From: an uncultured delta proteobacterium
GTDB lineage: Bacteria; Myxococcota; Myxococcia; Myxococcales; Anaeromyxobacteraceae
Length of the DNA: 64,000 nucleotides
NCBI GenBank assembly: GCA_963828255.1
Contig: CAWHDZ010000015.1
Span: 1-64,000 of the forward strand
Direction of reading: 5' to 3'
Notes under the pieces: generated by a model
The model's input: the letters and a program-made list of their open reading frames with translations, nothing else
What the model was told of the DNA's origin: nothing
The model's database searches: none
Shown: one piece after another, positions 18,949-30,899 of the stretch
How the letters are laid out: each line of letters opens with the position of its first letter
Numbering within the stretch: position 1 is the first letter of the stretch
Translations under genes and position numbers: made by a program

Positions 18949-19250
18949 GCGGCGGGTGCTTCCGCTGCGACCTGCTTCGCGCCCTTGCGGCTCTTCGTCC
19001 AGGCGTCGAAGTGATCCTTGCAGAGGCCGTGCTGGAAGACCTTCTTCTTGCACTCCTCCTTGCCGCAGGTCTTCCAGCGGCGGGGCACGGCCTCGACCTC
19101 GCCACGCCGCCACTTGGAGTAGTGGAAGAAGCAGAATCCCTTGGCGCGGTAGCCGCGCTTGCAGCCCTGGATCTTGCAGGTCTTCTTGCCCGCGCCCTTG
19201 GCCTTCGGGGCGGCCTTCTTCGCCTTCGTCTTCACGGTCTTGTCGGTCAT
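18945..19250 (-). CDS. small Lys-rich protein with two C-x4-C-x9-C-x2-H motifs (myxobacterial vegetative-protein-like)
   Basis: CKIQGC..GFCFFHY and CGKEEC..GLCKDHF; histone-like KAKKAAPKAK N-terminus. Confidence 0.7.
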   Translation of the reverse strand: MTDKTVKTKAKKAAPKAKGAGKKTCKIQGCKRGYRAKGFCFFHYSKWRRGEVEAVPRRWKTCGKEECKKKVFQHGLCKDHFDAWTKSRKGAKQVAAEAPAA

Positions 19251-19304
19251 TCGGGGGGTTGATTACCCGACCCCCGCGAAGAACGCAACCCCGCGATTCG
19301 ACTG

Positions 19305-19673
19305 TCAGCGCCGGGGGGCCGTCGCCTCGGCCGCGTGCTCGGCCACGATGCGGTCGATCGCGTTGCGGTCCGCGTCGGTGTGGTGCTCCACGGGCTCCGG
19401 AGCCGGCTTCTGGGCAGGGGTGGTCGCCGGCTGACCTGTCCGGGTGGTCCCGGCATTCTTCGGGCCCTGGCGGAGCGCGGGCTTGGCAGAGGGCTTCACT
19501 CCCCAGAGCCGGTCCCACCCGGTGACGGCCTCGCTCCACCCGCGTGCGGCGAACTGGGTGGCCGAGGGAGCGGCGTTCCACCGCTCCACGAGGGTCTTTC
19601 CGTTCACCGGGACGAAGGCGCCCACGGCGAGGAGGATGGCCGCGACAGCGGCGGCGAGGAGCACCCGGGACAT
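19305..19673 (-). CDS. hypothetical exported/membrane-anchored protein
   Basis: N-terminal hydrophobic helix MSRVLLAAAVAAILLAVGAFVP; C-terminal EHHTDADRNAIDRIV. Confidence 0.6.
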   Translation of the reverse strand: MSRVLLAAAVAAILLAVGAFVPVNGKTLVERWNAAPSATQFAARGWSEAVTGWDRLWGVKPSAKPALRQGPKNAGTTRTGQPATTPAQKPAPEPVEHHTDADRNAIDRIVAEHAAEATAPRR

Positions 19674-19746
19674 GGCAGAAGGTTCCCACGCAGCCCCGTG
19701 CCCGTCGAATTTCCGGCACGGGCGCTCCCCCACGCGCGCTGCCCGG

Positions 19747-20322
19747 CTACTCGATGAGCCCCTGTTCCCGTGCAAGGCGTCCGAGCTTCTCCTTGAGCCG
19801 CTCGAACCGCTTGCGCAGCGCCGCGGGGGTGGCCGGCTCTCCGTCGGCCCGCATGACCTCGGCGACGTCCTCCCAGGGCATGGCCTTGTCGACGCGCAGG
19901 ATGAGCAGGGTCTGCTCCTCGGGGTCGAGCGACTCGCGCAGCTTCATGAGCTTGTCGGCCCGGCCGCCCGGGGCGTAGGTGGACATCGTCGAGCGGACCT
20001 CCTCGGCGATCTTGGATGCCTCGGTGGTCAAGATGGGGCGGCCTCGCTTCCGGTAGGGGTCGCGGGCGTAGCGGGAGGCGGCGTGGAAGGCGAGCCGGAA
20101 AACCCAGGTCCGGAGGGAACTCTCCCGGCGAAAGCCCGGGAGCCCCTTCCAGAGGTCCTCGGCGAACTGGGAGAAGACGTCGTGGGCGTCGTCCTCGTTC
20201 CGCAGGACCGCGATCAGGTAGCCGAGGACCTGGGGCCCGAAGCCGCGCAGCGCCTCGGTGGCGGACCCCGAGACGTCTCCGCCGTCGAGCAGGTCCAGGA
20301 TGCGGGGTTCGAGGTCCGACAC
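19747..20322 (-). CDS. ECF-type sigma-70 factor
   Basis: DAHDVFS..LWKGLPGFRRESSLRTWVFRLA (region 2); region 4 HTH WEDVAEVM..ALRKRFERLK. Confidence 0.88.
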   Translation of the reverse strand: MSDLEPRILDLLDGGDVSGSATEALRGFGPQVLGYLIAVLRNEDDAHDVFSQFAEDLWKGLPGFRRESSLRTWVFRLAFHAASRYARDPYRKRGRPILTTEASKIAEEVRSTMSTYAPGGRADKLMKLRESLDPEEQTLLILRVDKAMPWEDVAEVMRADGEPATPAALRKRFERLKEKLGRLAREQGLIE

Positions 20323-20378
20323 CCCCCCTGTCTACCGCAGGAGGGGGGGCGGGCGACAGAGGGCCCCGGGGAGGTGGT

Positions 20379-21014
20379 CTACGAGGTGGCGCCCACCAGG
20401 GGCAGGAGCCCTGCCGCGTCCTGCACGAAGCCCGTGGCTCCTGCCGCCGCCAGGGTTTCCATGGGCACGAATCCCCAGGTCACCGGCACGAAGCGGACCC
20501 CCGCCGCGACCGCGGTGGCGTGGTCCACGAGACTGTCGCCCACGAGGACGGTGTCGCTGGCGCTCACGCCGAGGCGGTTGCAGATGCCGAGGAGGCCGGA
20601 AGGGTCGGGCTTGCGGACCGCCTCGTCACCCCCCACCACGGCGGCGAAGCGGGAGTGGACTCCCAGCCCGTCGAGGATCTTTCTCGCCATGGCGCCCGGC
20701 TTGTTGGTGTGGACCGCGAGCGGGATGCGGGCGCTGCCCAGCACCGCGGCGATGCCCGGGTAGAGGCGCGTGTGGTCGAGGAGGTGGCGGGAGTAGTGCT
20801 CGCGCCAGTGCGCGACGGCGGTCTCGAGCAGGTGCTCGCGGGGCGCGATGGCGCGCGAGACCAGGGAGACCGCGCCTTCCCCCACGAAGCTCACCACCTC
20901 TTCCCGGGTGCGGGATGGCAGCCCCAGCTCGGAGAGTGCGTGGGCCACGGCCAGGTAGAGGTCCTCGCGGGAGTCCACCAGCGTTCCGTCCAGGTCGAAC
21001 ACGCAGAGCTTCAT
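20379..21014 (-). CDS. HAD-family hydrolase (phosphoglycolate phosphatase-like)
   Basis: FDLDGTLVDS, TNK, RKPDP, VGDS. Confidence 0.9.
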   Translation of the reverse strand: MKLCVFDLDGTLVDSREDLYLAVAHALSELGLPSRTREEVVSFVGEGAVSLVSRAIAPREHLLETAVAHWREHYSRHLLDHTRLYPGIAAVLGSARIPLAVHTNKPGAMARKILDGLGVHSRFAAVVGGDEAVRKPDPSGLLGICNRLGVSASDTVLVGDSLVDHATAVAAGVRFVPVTWGFVPMETLAAAGATGFVQDAAGLLPLVGATS

Positions 21015-21664
21015 GGCCCCATCCCCACCCATTCCGACCCGTCCTCGTAGACCTCGCGCTTCCAGATGGGCGCGTCCCGCTTGAGCCGGTCGATGGCCGC
21101 CTCGCAGGCCCGGAAGGCCGGCGCCCGGTGCGGGGCCGCCGCCGCGATGACCACGGCCGCCTCGCCGGGGGCGAGTGCGCCCACCCGGTGGACGATGGAG
21201 AGCAGCGCGCCGTGCTCCTCTCCGATGGCGCTCCCGATCTCGGCGAGCTTGCGCTCGGCCATGGGGACGTAGGCCTCGTACTCGAGCCGGACGACCCGCT
21301 TCCCGTGGCTGTGGTCGCGCACGTCGCCGCGGAAGGTCACGAGGCCACCGCGCCCAGGTCCGGCCACGGCGTCCACCGCCTCGGCGAGGTCGAGGGGGCG
21401 GTCCACCACGCGGAACCTCCCCGAGCCTCCCGATACCGGAGGGATGACCGCCACCTCGGCGCCTTCGGGGACGGGGTCACCGTCCACGGCGAACTCCTCG
21501 TTCACGGCCAGCCGGCAGCGCGGGAGGACCCGGGCCAGGGCGGGGTGGCGCTCCGCCAGCAGGGCGCGGAAGGCGCCCACCGTGGTGGGCGCTTCGGCGA
21601 CCGACTCGGAGTCGGTCCCGGCGGCCTCGCGTGCGATCGCGAAGTAGAGGACGGTGACGGGCAC
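21011..21664 (-). CDS. fused MoaD-MoaE molybdopterin synthase
   Basis: VLYFAIARE...VAVIPPVSGG (MoaD) directly followed by MoaE (LEYEAY, HRVG, APHR, APIWKRE). Confidence 0.9.
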   Translation of the reverse strand: MPVTVLYFAIAREAAGTDSESVAEAPTTVGAFRALLAERHPALARVLPRCRLAVNEEFAVDGDPVPEGAEVAVIPPVSGGSGRFRVVDRPLDLAEAVDAVAGPGRGGLVTFRGDVRDHSHGKRVVRLEYEAYVPMAERKLAEIGSAIGEEHGALLSIVHRVGALAPGEAAVVIAAAAPHRAPAFRACEAAIDRLKRDAPIWKREVYEDGSEWVGMGP

Positions 21665-21690
21665 GGGGAGATGCTAACGCGGGGAGCCGG

Positions 21691-22761
21691 TCACCGCCGG
21701 AAGAGCCGCGGGAGGTCCCCGAAGAGCGTGACCCCGATGAGCAGCCCGAACAGGAGCACGAAGCCCACCGTGTGGATCACCGACTCGACCTTCTGGTTCA
21801 CCGGCCTGCGGGCCACCATCTCGTAGACCAGGAAGATGAGCCGCCCGCCGTCGAGCGCGGGCAGTGGCAGGAAGTTGAAGATGGCGAGCATGATGGAGAT
21901 GAGCCAGACCATCATGAGGAAGGGCGCCGCGCCGGCCCGGGCGCTCCGGGTCATCTCCTGCGCGATGCCGAGCGGCCCCTGCAGCTCGGCCTTCTGCTTG
22001 CGGGTCACCACCTGGCCGAGCCCGGCCAGGATCTCGCCCGCCTTGTCGTTGGTGCGCCGGAACCCCATGGCGGCCGACTCGAGGATCCCAGCGCGGACCG
22101 AGCGGAGGTTGGGGGCGATGCCGGCCTTGCCGATGCCCCCCGAGTCGTCGGGACGGAGCAGCAGCGCCTCCGGGGGGGAGCCGGGCGCCGCGCCTGCGCG
22201 GGCCACGCCGAGCGTGAGGTCCTTCCCCGGGTGGGACCGGACCGCCTCCACGAGACCCTTCCACCCATCCACCGGCGCGCCGCCGGCCGTGACCACCCGG
22301 TCGCCCGCCCGCAGCCCGGCCTTCTCGGCAGCGCCGCCGGAGATGACGTCGCCGATGGTCGAGCTCTGGTCCGGCTCGCGGAGCCCCATCGTGGCGATGA
22401 GCCCGACCGCCATGACCACGGCGAGCAGGTAGTTCATGGCCGGGCCGGCCAGGATGACGAGGAAGCGCTTCCAGGCCGGCTTGTGGGAGTAGGAGGAGGT
22501 GTCGCCCTCGGCGATGTCCTCGCCCGGCGCCATCCCGGCGATCTTCACGTAGCCGCCCAGCGGGACGGCCGAGAAGGCCCATTCGGTGTCTCCCCGCTTC
22601 CGGGACCAGATCACCGGCCCGAAGCCGACGCTGAACCGCTCGACCCGCATGCCCGACCAGCGCGCCGCCAGGTAGTGGCCGAGCTCGTGGATGACGATGA
22701 GCAGGCCGAAGGCCAGTACGGTGACCGCGACCATCGGGATGGACTGCAGGAATCCGTTCAT
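21691..22761 (-). CDS. RseP-like M50 site-2 protease with PDZ domain
   Basis: IHELGH, GGYVKIAG, AGPAMN, FNFLPLPALDGG. Confidence 0.92.
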   Translation of the reverse strand: MNGFLQSIPMVAVTVLAFGLLIVIHELGHYLAARWSGMRVERFSVGFGPVIWSRKRGDTEWAFSAVPLGGYVKIAGMAPGEDIAEGDTSSYSHKPAWKRFLVILAGPAMNYLLAVVMAVGLIATMGLREPDQSSTIGDVISGGAAEKAGLRAGDRVVTAGGAPVDGWKGLVEAVRSHPGKDLTLGVARAGAAPGSPPEALLLRPDDSGGIGKAGIAPNLRSVRAGILESAAMGFRRTNDKAGEILAGLGQVVTRKQKAELQGPLGIAQEMTRSARAGAAPFLMMVWLISIMLAIFNFLPLPALDGGRLIFLVYEMVARRPVNQKVESVIHTVGFVLLFGLLIGVTLFGDLPRLFRR

Positions 22762-23321
22762 GTCTCTTCCCGGGCCGGGTCGCCGAACTCCTCGGCCTCG
22801 AAGGTCTCGAGGGTGGTGGCGGGGTCGCGCCAGGCGTCGGCGCGCAGCCCGGCCTTCAGGCAGGTGTGCTTGAGGAAGGTGGGAGCATCCCAGCCTCGCT
22901 CGACGGCGACCACCGGGAGCAGCACGCCCCGGTGCCAGCCCTGCGTCACCACCAGTCCGTGCCGGCCGACGCGCAACAGCTCCGGGTCGGAGAGGGGGAC
23001 GCGGGGGCCGAGCGCCGAGACGTGGATGTCGAGGTCGTCGGCCTCGTCGGCGCCGAGCGGTGGGAAGCGGGGGTCGTCGAAGGCGGCGGCCACGGCCATG
23101 TCGGCAACGGTGCGGGCCAGCGAGCCTTCCGGCTCGAACCGCCCGATGCAGCCGCGAAGCTCGCCCCCGCGGTGCAGCGTGACGAAGGCGCCGCGCCGCT
23201 CGCCGAGGCCACCCGTCTCCGGGATCGCCGGGGGCGGGCCGAGGCCCAACCGGGCGCGGATGGCGGCCCGGGCGATCCCGACGAGCGCCCCGCGCTCCAC
23301 CGCGGTGAGCGGCCCCGTCAC
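22758..23321 (-). CDS. AMMECR1 (AmmeMemoRadiSam protein A) family protein
   Basis: GAFVTL..LRGCIG, AAFDDPRFPPL, GRHGL, LLPVVA, KAGL. Confidence 0.9.
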   Translation of the reverse strand: MTGPLTAVERGALVGIARAAIRARLGLGPPPAIPETGGLGERRGAFVTLHRGGELRGCIGRFEPEGSLARTVADMAVAAAFDDPRFPPLGADEADDLDIHVSALGPRVPLSDPELLRVGRHGLVVTQGWHRGVLLPVVAVERGWDAPTFLKHTCLKAGLRADAWRDPATTLETFEAEEFGDPAREET

Positions 23322-23752
23322 AGGAGCCTCCGCGCCCCGGTGAGCAGGTAGCGGCGCACGTCGCCGAGGACCTCGCGGTGGTCGAAGACGATGGGGGAGG
23401 GGAGCGCGTCCCAGGCGAAGGCCCGGGCCTCGGCAGCGTCGTCACCGCCGCGGGGCTCGCCCTCGGCGCGGGCCAGGAAGACCGTGCTGATGGTGTGGCG
23501 GCGCGGGTCGCGGGCCGGGTCCGAGTAGGAGTGGAACTGCTCGAGGAGGGTGACGGAGAGCCCGGTCTCCTCCTCGGCCTCGCGGGCCGCGGCCACCGCG
23601 AGCGGTTCGCCGTCGTCCACGAACCCTCCCGGGATGGCCCACCCGTGCGGGGGGTTCCTGCGGCGGACCAGCACCACGCGGTCGCCCGGCAGCAGGATCA
23701 CCGCGTCCACGGTGGGAGCTGGGTTCCGGAACTCGGCCACGGGAGCGGTCAC
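23318..23752 (-). CDS. NUDIX hydrolase (ADP-ribose pyrophosphatase-like)
   Basis: PGGFVDDGE..AAREAEEETGL Nudix box, SDPARDPR, FDH. Confidence 0.9.
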   Translation of the reverse strand: MTAPVAEFRNPAPTVDAVILLPGDRVVLVRRRNPPHGWAIPGGFVDDGEPLAVAAAREAEEETGLSVTLLEQFHSYSDPARDPRRHTISTVFLARAEGEPRGGDDAAEARAFAWDALPSPIVFDHREVLGDVRRYLLTGARRLL

Positions 23753-24930
23753 GGGCGCTGTGCCGCGATGACCGGCCTGGCCGGCGGTGCCGGCGTCGCG
23801 GCGCCGCGGTTCGGGAAGGCCTTCTCGACCATCTCCCGCGCGAAGGGAACGTCGCGCCCCGGGACCCCGGCGGCCAGCGCCCGGGCCGCGGCCGCCGCCT
23901 GCGCGGCGCGATCGTCGAGCCCCATGGACCGCATGTGGACACCCACGGTGAAGAGCCGCGCCGAGAGCCGCTGCCGGCAGGGAGCGTCGAGCCAGGCCTC
24001 CACCGCCTCGGCGATGGCGCCCTCCACCCGGGCGGCGCGATCGGCCCCCTCGGACGCCGCGCCCGTGGCGGCCAGCTCGTCGAGCCGGGTCGCCAGCGCG
24101 CGCAGCGCCCCCTCGTCGGCGAGCCAGCCCCGCAGCATGGCCAGCGTGTGCAGCCCCCCCGAGGAGGCCAGGGCCAGGGCCTCCTCCTCGTCGGGGAGTG
24201 GGGGCAGCGAGGCGGCGGGCTCGGGAGCCGGGGTGCCGGGCCCGATGCGGGTGAGCCAGCCGTCGGCCCCCTCCGGAGCGGGGCGCCCCGATCCGTCGTT
24301 CCGCAGGCGGGCTTCCGCGACGAGGGCGCGGGCGTGGCCCGGATCGATCTCGGCCACCCCCATGGATTGGCCGCGCTCCCCGATCTCCTTGCCGAAGGTC
24401 CGGTACTCCTTGCGCCCGAGCACGCCGACCTGGAGCTCGATCAGGCCGAGCACGTCCGACACCACGGCCTGGCCGACCTCCACGCCGCGCCCCGGGACGT
24501 TGCGGGCGATCCAGATGGCGCGCTCCCCCTGGCCGTCCACGGTCGAGGCGTAGGAGGGGAACACCTCCTCGGCCAGCGGGGCAGGCGGCGGGGCGGCCGC
24601 GCGCTGCGGCTCCGGCACCGAGACGCCGCGCGTGCGCAGGACGTGGAGGGCGCGCTTGGCCTCCTTGGCGACCGTCTTGTCGGCCGAGGAGGCCAGGCCG
24701 GACACGAGGTCGAGCTGGTCGCCGGCGACGGCGGCCCGGAGGAGGGCGGCGGAGAGGGGGGCGGGGAGGGTGGCGATCTCCTCCGGCCGTGCCTTGGGGA
24801 GGCCGACGAGGAGCCGGGCGGCGCGGGCCGCCTCGGTACGGGGAAGCCCCGTCTGATCGGCCACTTCCTGGCTTCCGACGTTCGGGTCCCGGAGGAGCGC
24901 CAGGATCCGGTCTGGGTCGTCGATGGGCAT
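23749..24930 (-). CDS. hypothetical protein, 393 aa
   Basis: long ORF with genome-typical codon use; stop overlaps NUDIX start (GTGA). Confidence 0.75.
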   Translation of the reverse strand: MPIDDPDRILALLRDPNVGSQEVADQTGLPRTEAARAARLLVGLPKARPEEIATLPAPLSAALLRAAVAGDQLDLVSGLASSADKTVAKEAKRALHVLRTRGVSVPEPQRAAAPPPAPLAEEVFPSYASTVDGQGERAIWIARNVPGRGVEVGQAVVSDVLGLIELQVGVLGRKEYRTFGKEIGERGQSMGVAEIDPGHARALVAEARLRNDGSGRPAPEGADGWLTRIGPGTPAPEPAASLPPLPDEEEALALASSGGLHTLAMLRGWLADEGALRALATRLDELAATGAASEGADRAARVEGAIAEAVEAWLDAPCRQRLSARLFTVGVHMRSMGLDDRAAQAAAAARALAAGVPGRDVPFAREMVEKAFPNRGAATPAPPARPVIAAQRP

Positions 24931-24999
24931 CGGAGGCGGAATCTATACGCCGTTTCCCCTGGGGACAACGTCGCCTGTACCCTTCCGGAGCGGATCCAC

Positions 25000-25029
25000 T
25001 TGACCAGGTTGCCCCTTCCCCTCGATAAT
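25000..25029 (+). promoter_or_regulatory. putative sigma70 promoter of the Cys-rich gene
   Basis: TTGACC-18 nt-GATAAT. Confidence 0.4.
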
Positions 25030-25106
25030 GTGGAGTCCATCGCTGCACGAACGCTACCACCCGAAGGGGCGGACGTGGCCAGCCACACCCGAAGGAGCCG
25101 AAACAC

Positions 25107-25586
25107 ATGACCCGTCGCCTGATCACGAACATCGCCCTGGCCGTCGCCGGTGCGTTCGCCCTCGTCGTCGCCACCCCCGCCTTCGCCTGCGATTGCGACA
25201 AGAAGGCCAGCGGCACCGAGAAGTCCACCAAGAAGGCCGACAAGGCCGCCCCTGCCCAGCCGAAGCAGGCTGCCCCGGCCCAGGAGAAGAAGGCCGAGGC
25301 TTCCAAGGCCACGACCCTCCTCGTCGCCGCTGCCGACTGCAAGTGCGGAGCGAAGACCGAGAAGGACTGCAAGTGCGAGAAGGGCTGCAAGTGCCACAAC
25401 GCCCACCCGGGCGACAAGTCGGACAAGCCCAAGGCCAGCGCCGACACCTCGTCGCAGATGCTCCTCGCCGCGGCCTGCCCGTGCGGCGCCAAGGATGCGA
25501 AGGACTGCAAGTGCGAGAAGGGCTGCAAGTGCGCCGACAAGCACGACAAGCCCAAGGCCGACGCGCCGAAGGCGAAGGCGGCGTAG
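25107..25586 (+). CDS. secreted Lys/Cys-rich metallothionein-like protein
   Basis: SD AAGGAG; signal peptide ending AFA; 14 Cys in CxC pairs, two CxC-x7-CxC-x3-CxC repeats. Confidence 0.8.
   Translation: MTRRLITNIALAVAGAFALVVATPAFACDCDKKASGTEKSTKKADKAAPAQPKQAAPAQEKKAEASKATTLLVAAADCKCGAKTEKDCKCEKGCKCHNAHPGDKSDKPKASADTSSQMLLAAACPCGAKDAKDCKCEKGCKCADKHDKPKADAPKAKAA
25361..25532 (+). repeat. 34-bp exact direct repeat (25361-25394, 25499-25532)
   Basis: gaaggactgcaagtgcgagaagggctgcaagtgc twice, encoding KDCKCEKGCKC. Confidence 0.9.
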
Positions 25587-25657
25587 GGTTTCGATTCGGT
25601 GAGTTTGATGGGGGCCTCGTCCGGTGAAGCCGGGCGGGGCTTCCGTGCATTCGGGGG

Positions 25658-28540
<2,883 letters not shown>

Positions 28541-28608
28541 CCGGCCTTGCTTAATCCCGGCGAGGCGCGTTGGCTACCGCACCGAAACCTGATACGGGAG
28601 CCATTCTC

Positions 28609-29076
28609 ATGGCCGACCTCGCCAACGATTCCGGCGTGATCCGGCTTCGGCTCGACCCCGTCACCCGGGAGGCCGGGGGGCGGATCCTGGCCTCGGCGTC
28701 CCTCGAGTACCGGGACGCCCGCGATCGGGAGTGGTGGCCGCTGGTCCGCCTCCCGGTCGTCCACCTCCTGCCCGGCGCCTCGGAGGCGCTGGTGGCGGGC
28801 ATGCAGGACCTCCTCCAGGGCGTCGTTCCAGGCTTCGCCTGGCAGTCCGGGGACGGCGCCCTGGGGCTCCAGATCGGGGTGCCGGAGGGGCAGGGGGAGC
28901 TTCTCCTGGCCGAGGTGGGGATGGACCTGGGGCTCTTCCTGGCCGAGTCCGCGGGGGCGCCGCGCCGGGAGGGGGCCGAGGCGGCGCTCTTCCGATGGCC
29001 GGTGACGCGGGGCGAGGCCGTCGCCTTCGCCAGCGGGCTGCGACGCGAGTCGGAGGGCCTGGGACGCGATGGGTGA
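28609..29076 (+). CDS. hypothetical protein
   Basis: ORF after GGGAG SD, overlaps start of next gene. Confidence 0.6.
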   Translation: MADLANDSGVIRLRLDPVTREAGGRILASASLEYRDARDREWWPLVRLPVVHLLPGASEALVAGMQDLLQGVVPGFAWQSGDGALGLQIGVPEGQGELLLAEVGMDLGLFLAESAGAPRREGAEAALFRWPVTRGEAVAFASGLRRESEGLGRDG

Positions 29077-29980
29077 CCAGCGACCCCGCCCGGAGCCGCG
29101 GCGGCGCAGGATCACCCCCGCCACCCGGGCCCGCCTCCTCCTCTTCCTCGCCGCCGCCCTCTTCGGGCTCCTCGCGGTGCTGGCCCGCGTGGCCTCGCTG
29201 GAGGGGCTCACCGCCCCCCAGGTGGCCACGGTGCGCTTCGCGGTGGGCACGGCGGTGGCGCTGGCCCTCTTCCGGATCCACCCCGGCGCCTTTCGCCCCG
29301 TGCGGCATGGCCTGCTCGTCACCCGCGGCATCCTGGGCGGGCTGGCGGCGCTCCTCTACTTCTACGCGCTCTCGCTCATCCCGGCCGGGCAGGCCACGCT
29401 CCTCAACAACACCTTCCCGGTCATCGCCGTGGCCATCTCATATTTCACCTTGGGTGAACGCCCCACCTGGCACCTGCTGGCGGCGCTGGGGGTGACCAGC
29501 CTGGGGGTCTTCCTGGTCGTGGGCGGCGGCCGTCTCACCTTCTCCATGGGGTGGGGGCAGTGGGTGGGGATCGCCTCGGCGGTGCTGGGGGCGGGGGCGG
29601 TCACCTCCATCCGGGCGCTGCGGGCCACCGACAACGCGGCCACCATCTTCTTCGCGTTCACCCTGGGTGGACTGCTGGTCTCGGCGCCGCTCTCCTGGGG
29701 GACCTGGAGCTTCCACCACCACGCCTGGGTCTTCGCCATGGCGGCCGGCCTGGTCTCCTTCGCCGCCCAGCTCGCCATGACCGAGGCCTACGGCGCCCTC
29801 ACCGTGGCCGAGGCCGCGGTCTGGCAGCAGCTCACCCCGGTGGCGAGCTACCTGTGGGCCGGGGCCGTGCTGGGCGAGAGCCTGTCGGCGGTGGGCGTGG
29901 CCGGGGTGGCGCTGGGGATCGCCGGGGTGGTCTACGGCTCGGTGCTGGGGCGGAGGCCTCCCGAGCCGGAGGAGGTCTGA
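29069..29980 (+). CDS. DMT/EamA family transporter
   Basis: about 10 TM; LLVTRGILG, LGERP. Confidence 0.88.
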   Translation: MGDQRPRPEPRRRRITPATRARLLLFLAAALFGLLAVLARVASLEGLTAPQVATVRFAVGTAVALALFRIHPGAFRPVRHGLLVTRGILGGLAALLYFYALSLIPAGQATLLNNTFPVIAVAISYFTLGERPTWHLLAALGVTSLGVFLVVGGGRLTFSMGWGQWVGIASAVLGAGAVTSIRALRATDNAATIFFAFTLGGLLVSAPLSWGTWSFHHHAWVFAMAAGLVSFAAQLAMTEAYGALTVAEAAVWQQLTPVASYLWAGAVLGESLSAVGVAGVALGIAGVVYGSVLGRRPPEPEEV

Positions 29981-30870
29981 TGCTGGCCGCGGCCCGCCAC
30001 GCCCGCGCGCTGGGCCGGCTGCAGCTGGTCGGCTGCGGCGCCTTCTTCGGGCTCATGGCGGTGCTGGGGAGGATGCTCGCCACCGGCCCGGCCAGGTTCA
30101 CTCCTGGTCAACTCTCGGTCGTCCGGTTCGGCGTGGGGGCGGCGGCCAGCCTGGCGGTGTTCGCGGTCCGCCCGTCCCTGTACCGGCCGCACAACGTCCG
30201 GCTTCTCGTCACCCGCGGCCTCTCGGGCGGCCTCGTGGTGGTGCTCTACTTCGCCGCACTGGCGCGCATCCCGGCCGGCGAGGCCGGGATGATCTACAAC
30301 CTCTTCCCGGCCATCGCGACCTTCCTGGCCCTGGGGCTGCTCGGCGAGCGCCCCGGCCTCCGGCTCTGGCTCGCCATCGGGATCGCCACCCTGGGCGTCC
30401 TGCTCCTGCTGGGAAACGGCTCCCTGCGCCTGGGGCTCGGCTGGGGCGAGGGGGCGGCGCTGCTGGCCGCGGTCTTCGCGGCGGTGAGCGCCAACGTCAT
30501 CCGGGCCATGCGCGGCACCGACAACGCCCCGACCATCTTCTTCTTCTTCTGCCTGGCCGGGCTCCCGGTGGTGCTGCCCTTCGCCCTCGACCCCTGGCCC
30601 GGCGGGCTCGTGCCCTGGGCGCTGGCCGTGCTCATGGCGCTCTCGGCCTTCGCGGCCCAGGTGCTCATGACCGAGGCCTACGGCGCGCTCTCGGTGGGGG
30701 AGGCGGCCTCCTGGCTGCAGCTCACCCCCATCGCGCAGGTCCTGCTCGCGGCGCTCCTCCTCGGGGAGCCGCTCACCGCGGTCGGGGTGGTGGGCATCGC
30801 CGTCTCGGTGGCCGGCGTGGCCTGGGCCACCCGGCTGGGCCAGCGGGCCGCCGTGGTGCCGCCGCCCTGA
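29980..30870 (+). CDS. DMT/EamA family transporter (paralog)
   Basis: TGATG overlap; LLVTRGLSG, LGERP, TDNAPTIFF, MTEAYGAL. Confidence 0.88.
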   Translation: MLAAARHARALGRLQLVGCGAFFGLMAVLGRMLATGPARFTPGQLSVVRFGVGAAASLAVFAVRPSLYRPHNVRLLVTRGLSGGLVVVLYFAALARIPAGEAGMIYNLFPAIATFLALGLLGERPGLRLWLAIGIATLGVLLLLGNGSLRLGLGWGEGAALLAAVFAAVSANVIRAMRGTDNAPTIFFFFCLAGLPVVLPFALDPWPGGLVPWALAVLMALSAFAAQVLMTEAYGALSVGEAASWLQLTPIAQVLLAALLLGEPLTAVGVVGIAVSVAGVAWATRLGQRAAVVPPP

Positions 30871-30899
30871 GAGCGCCGGTGCGCTATCCTCGGGGCGCG

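Noticed and set aside
25361..25532. 34-bp direct repeat as CRISPR
   Set aside because: Only two copies, in frame within a coding repeat, with no cas genes.
28541..28608. LexA/SOS box upstream of uvrA
   Set aside because: No recognisable box or palindrome.
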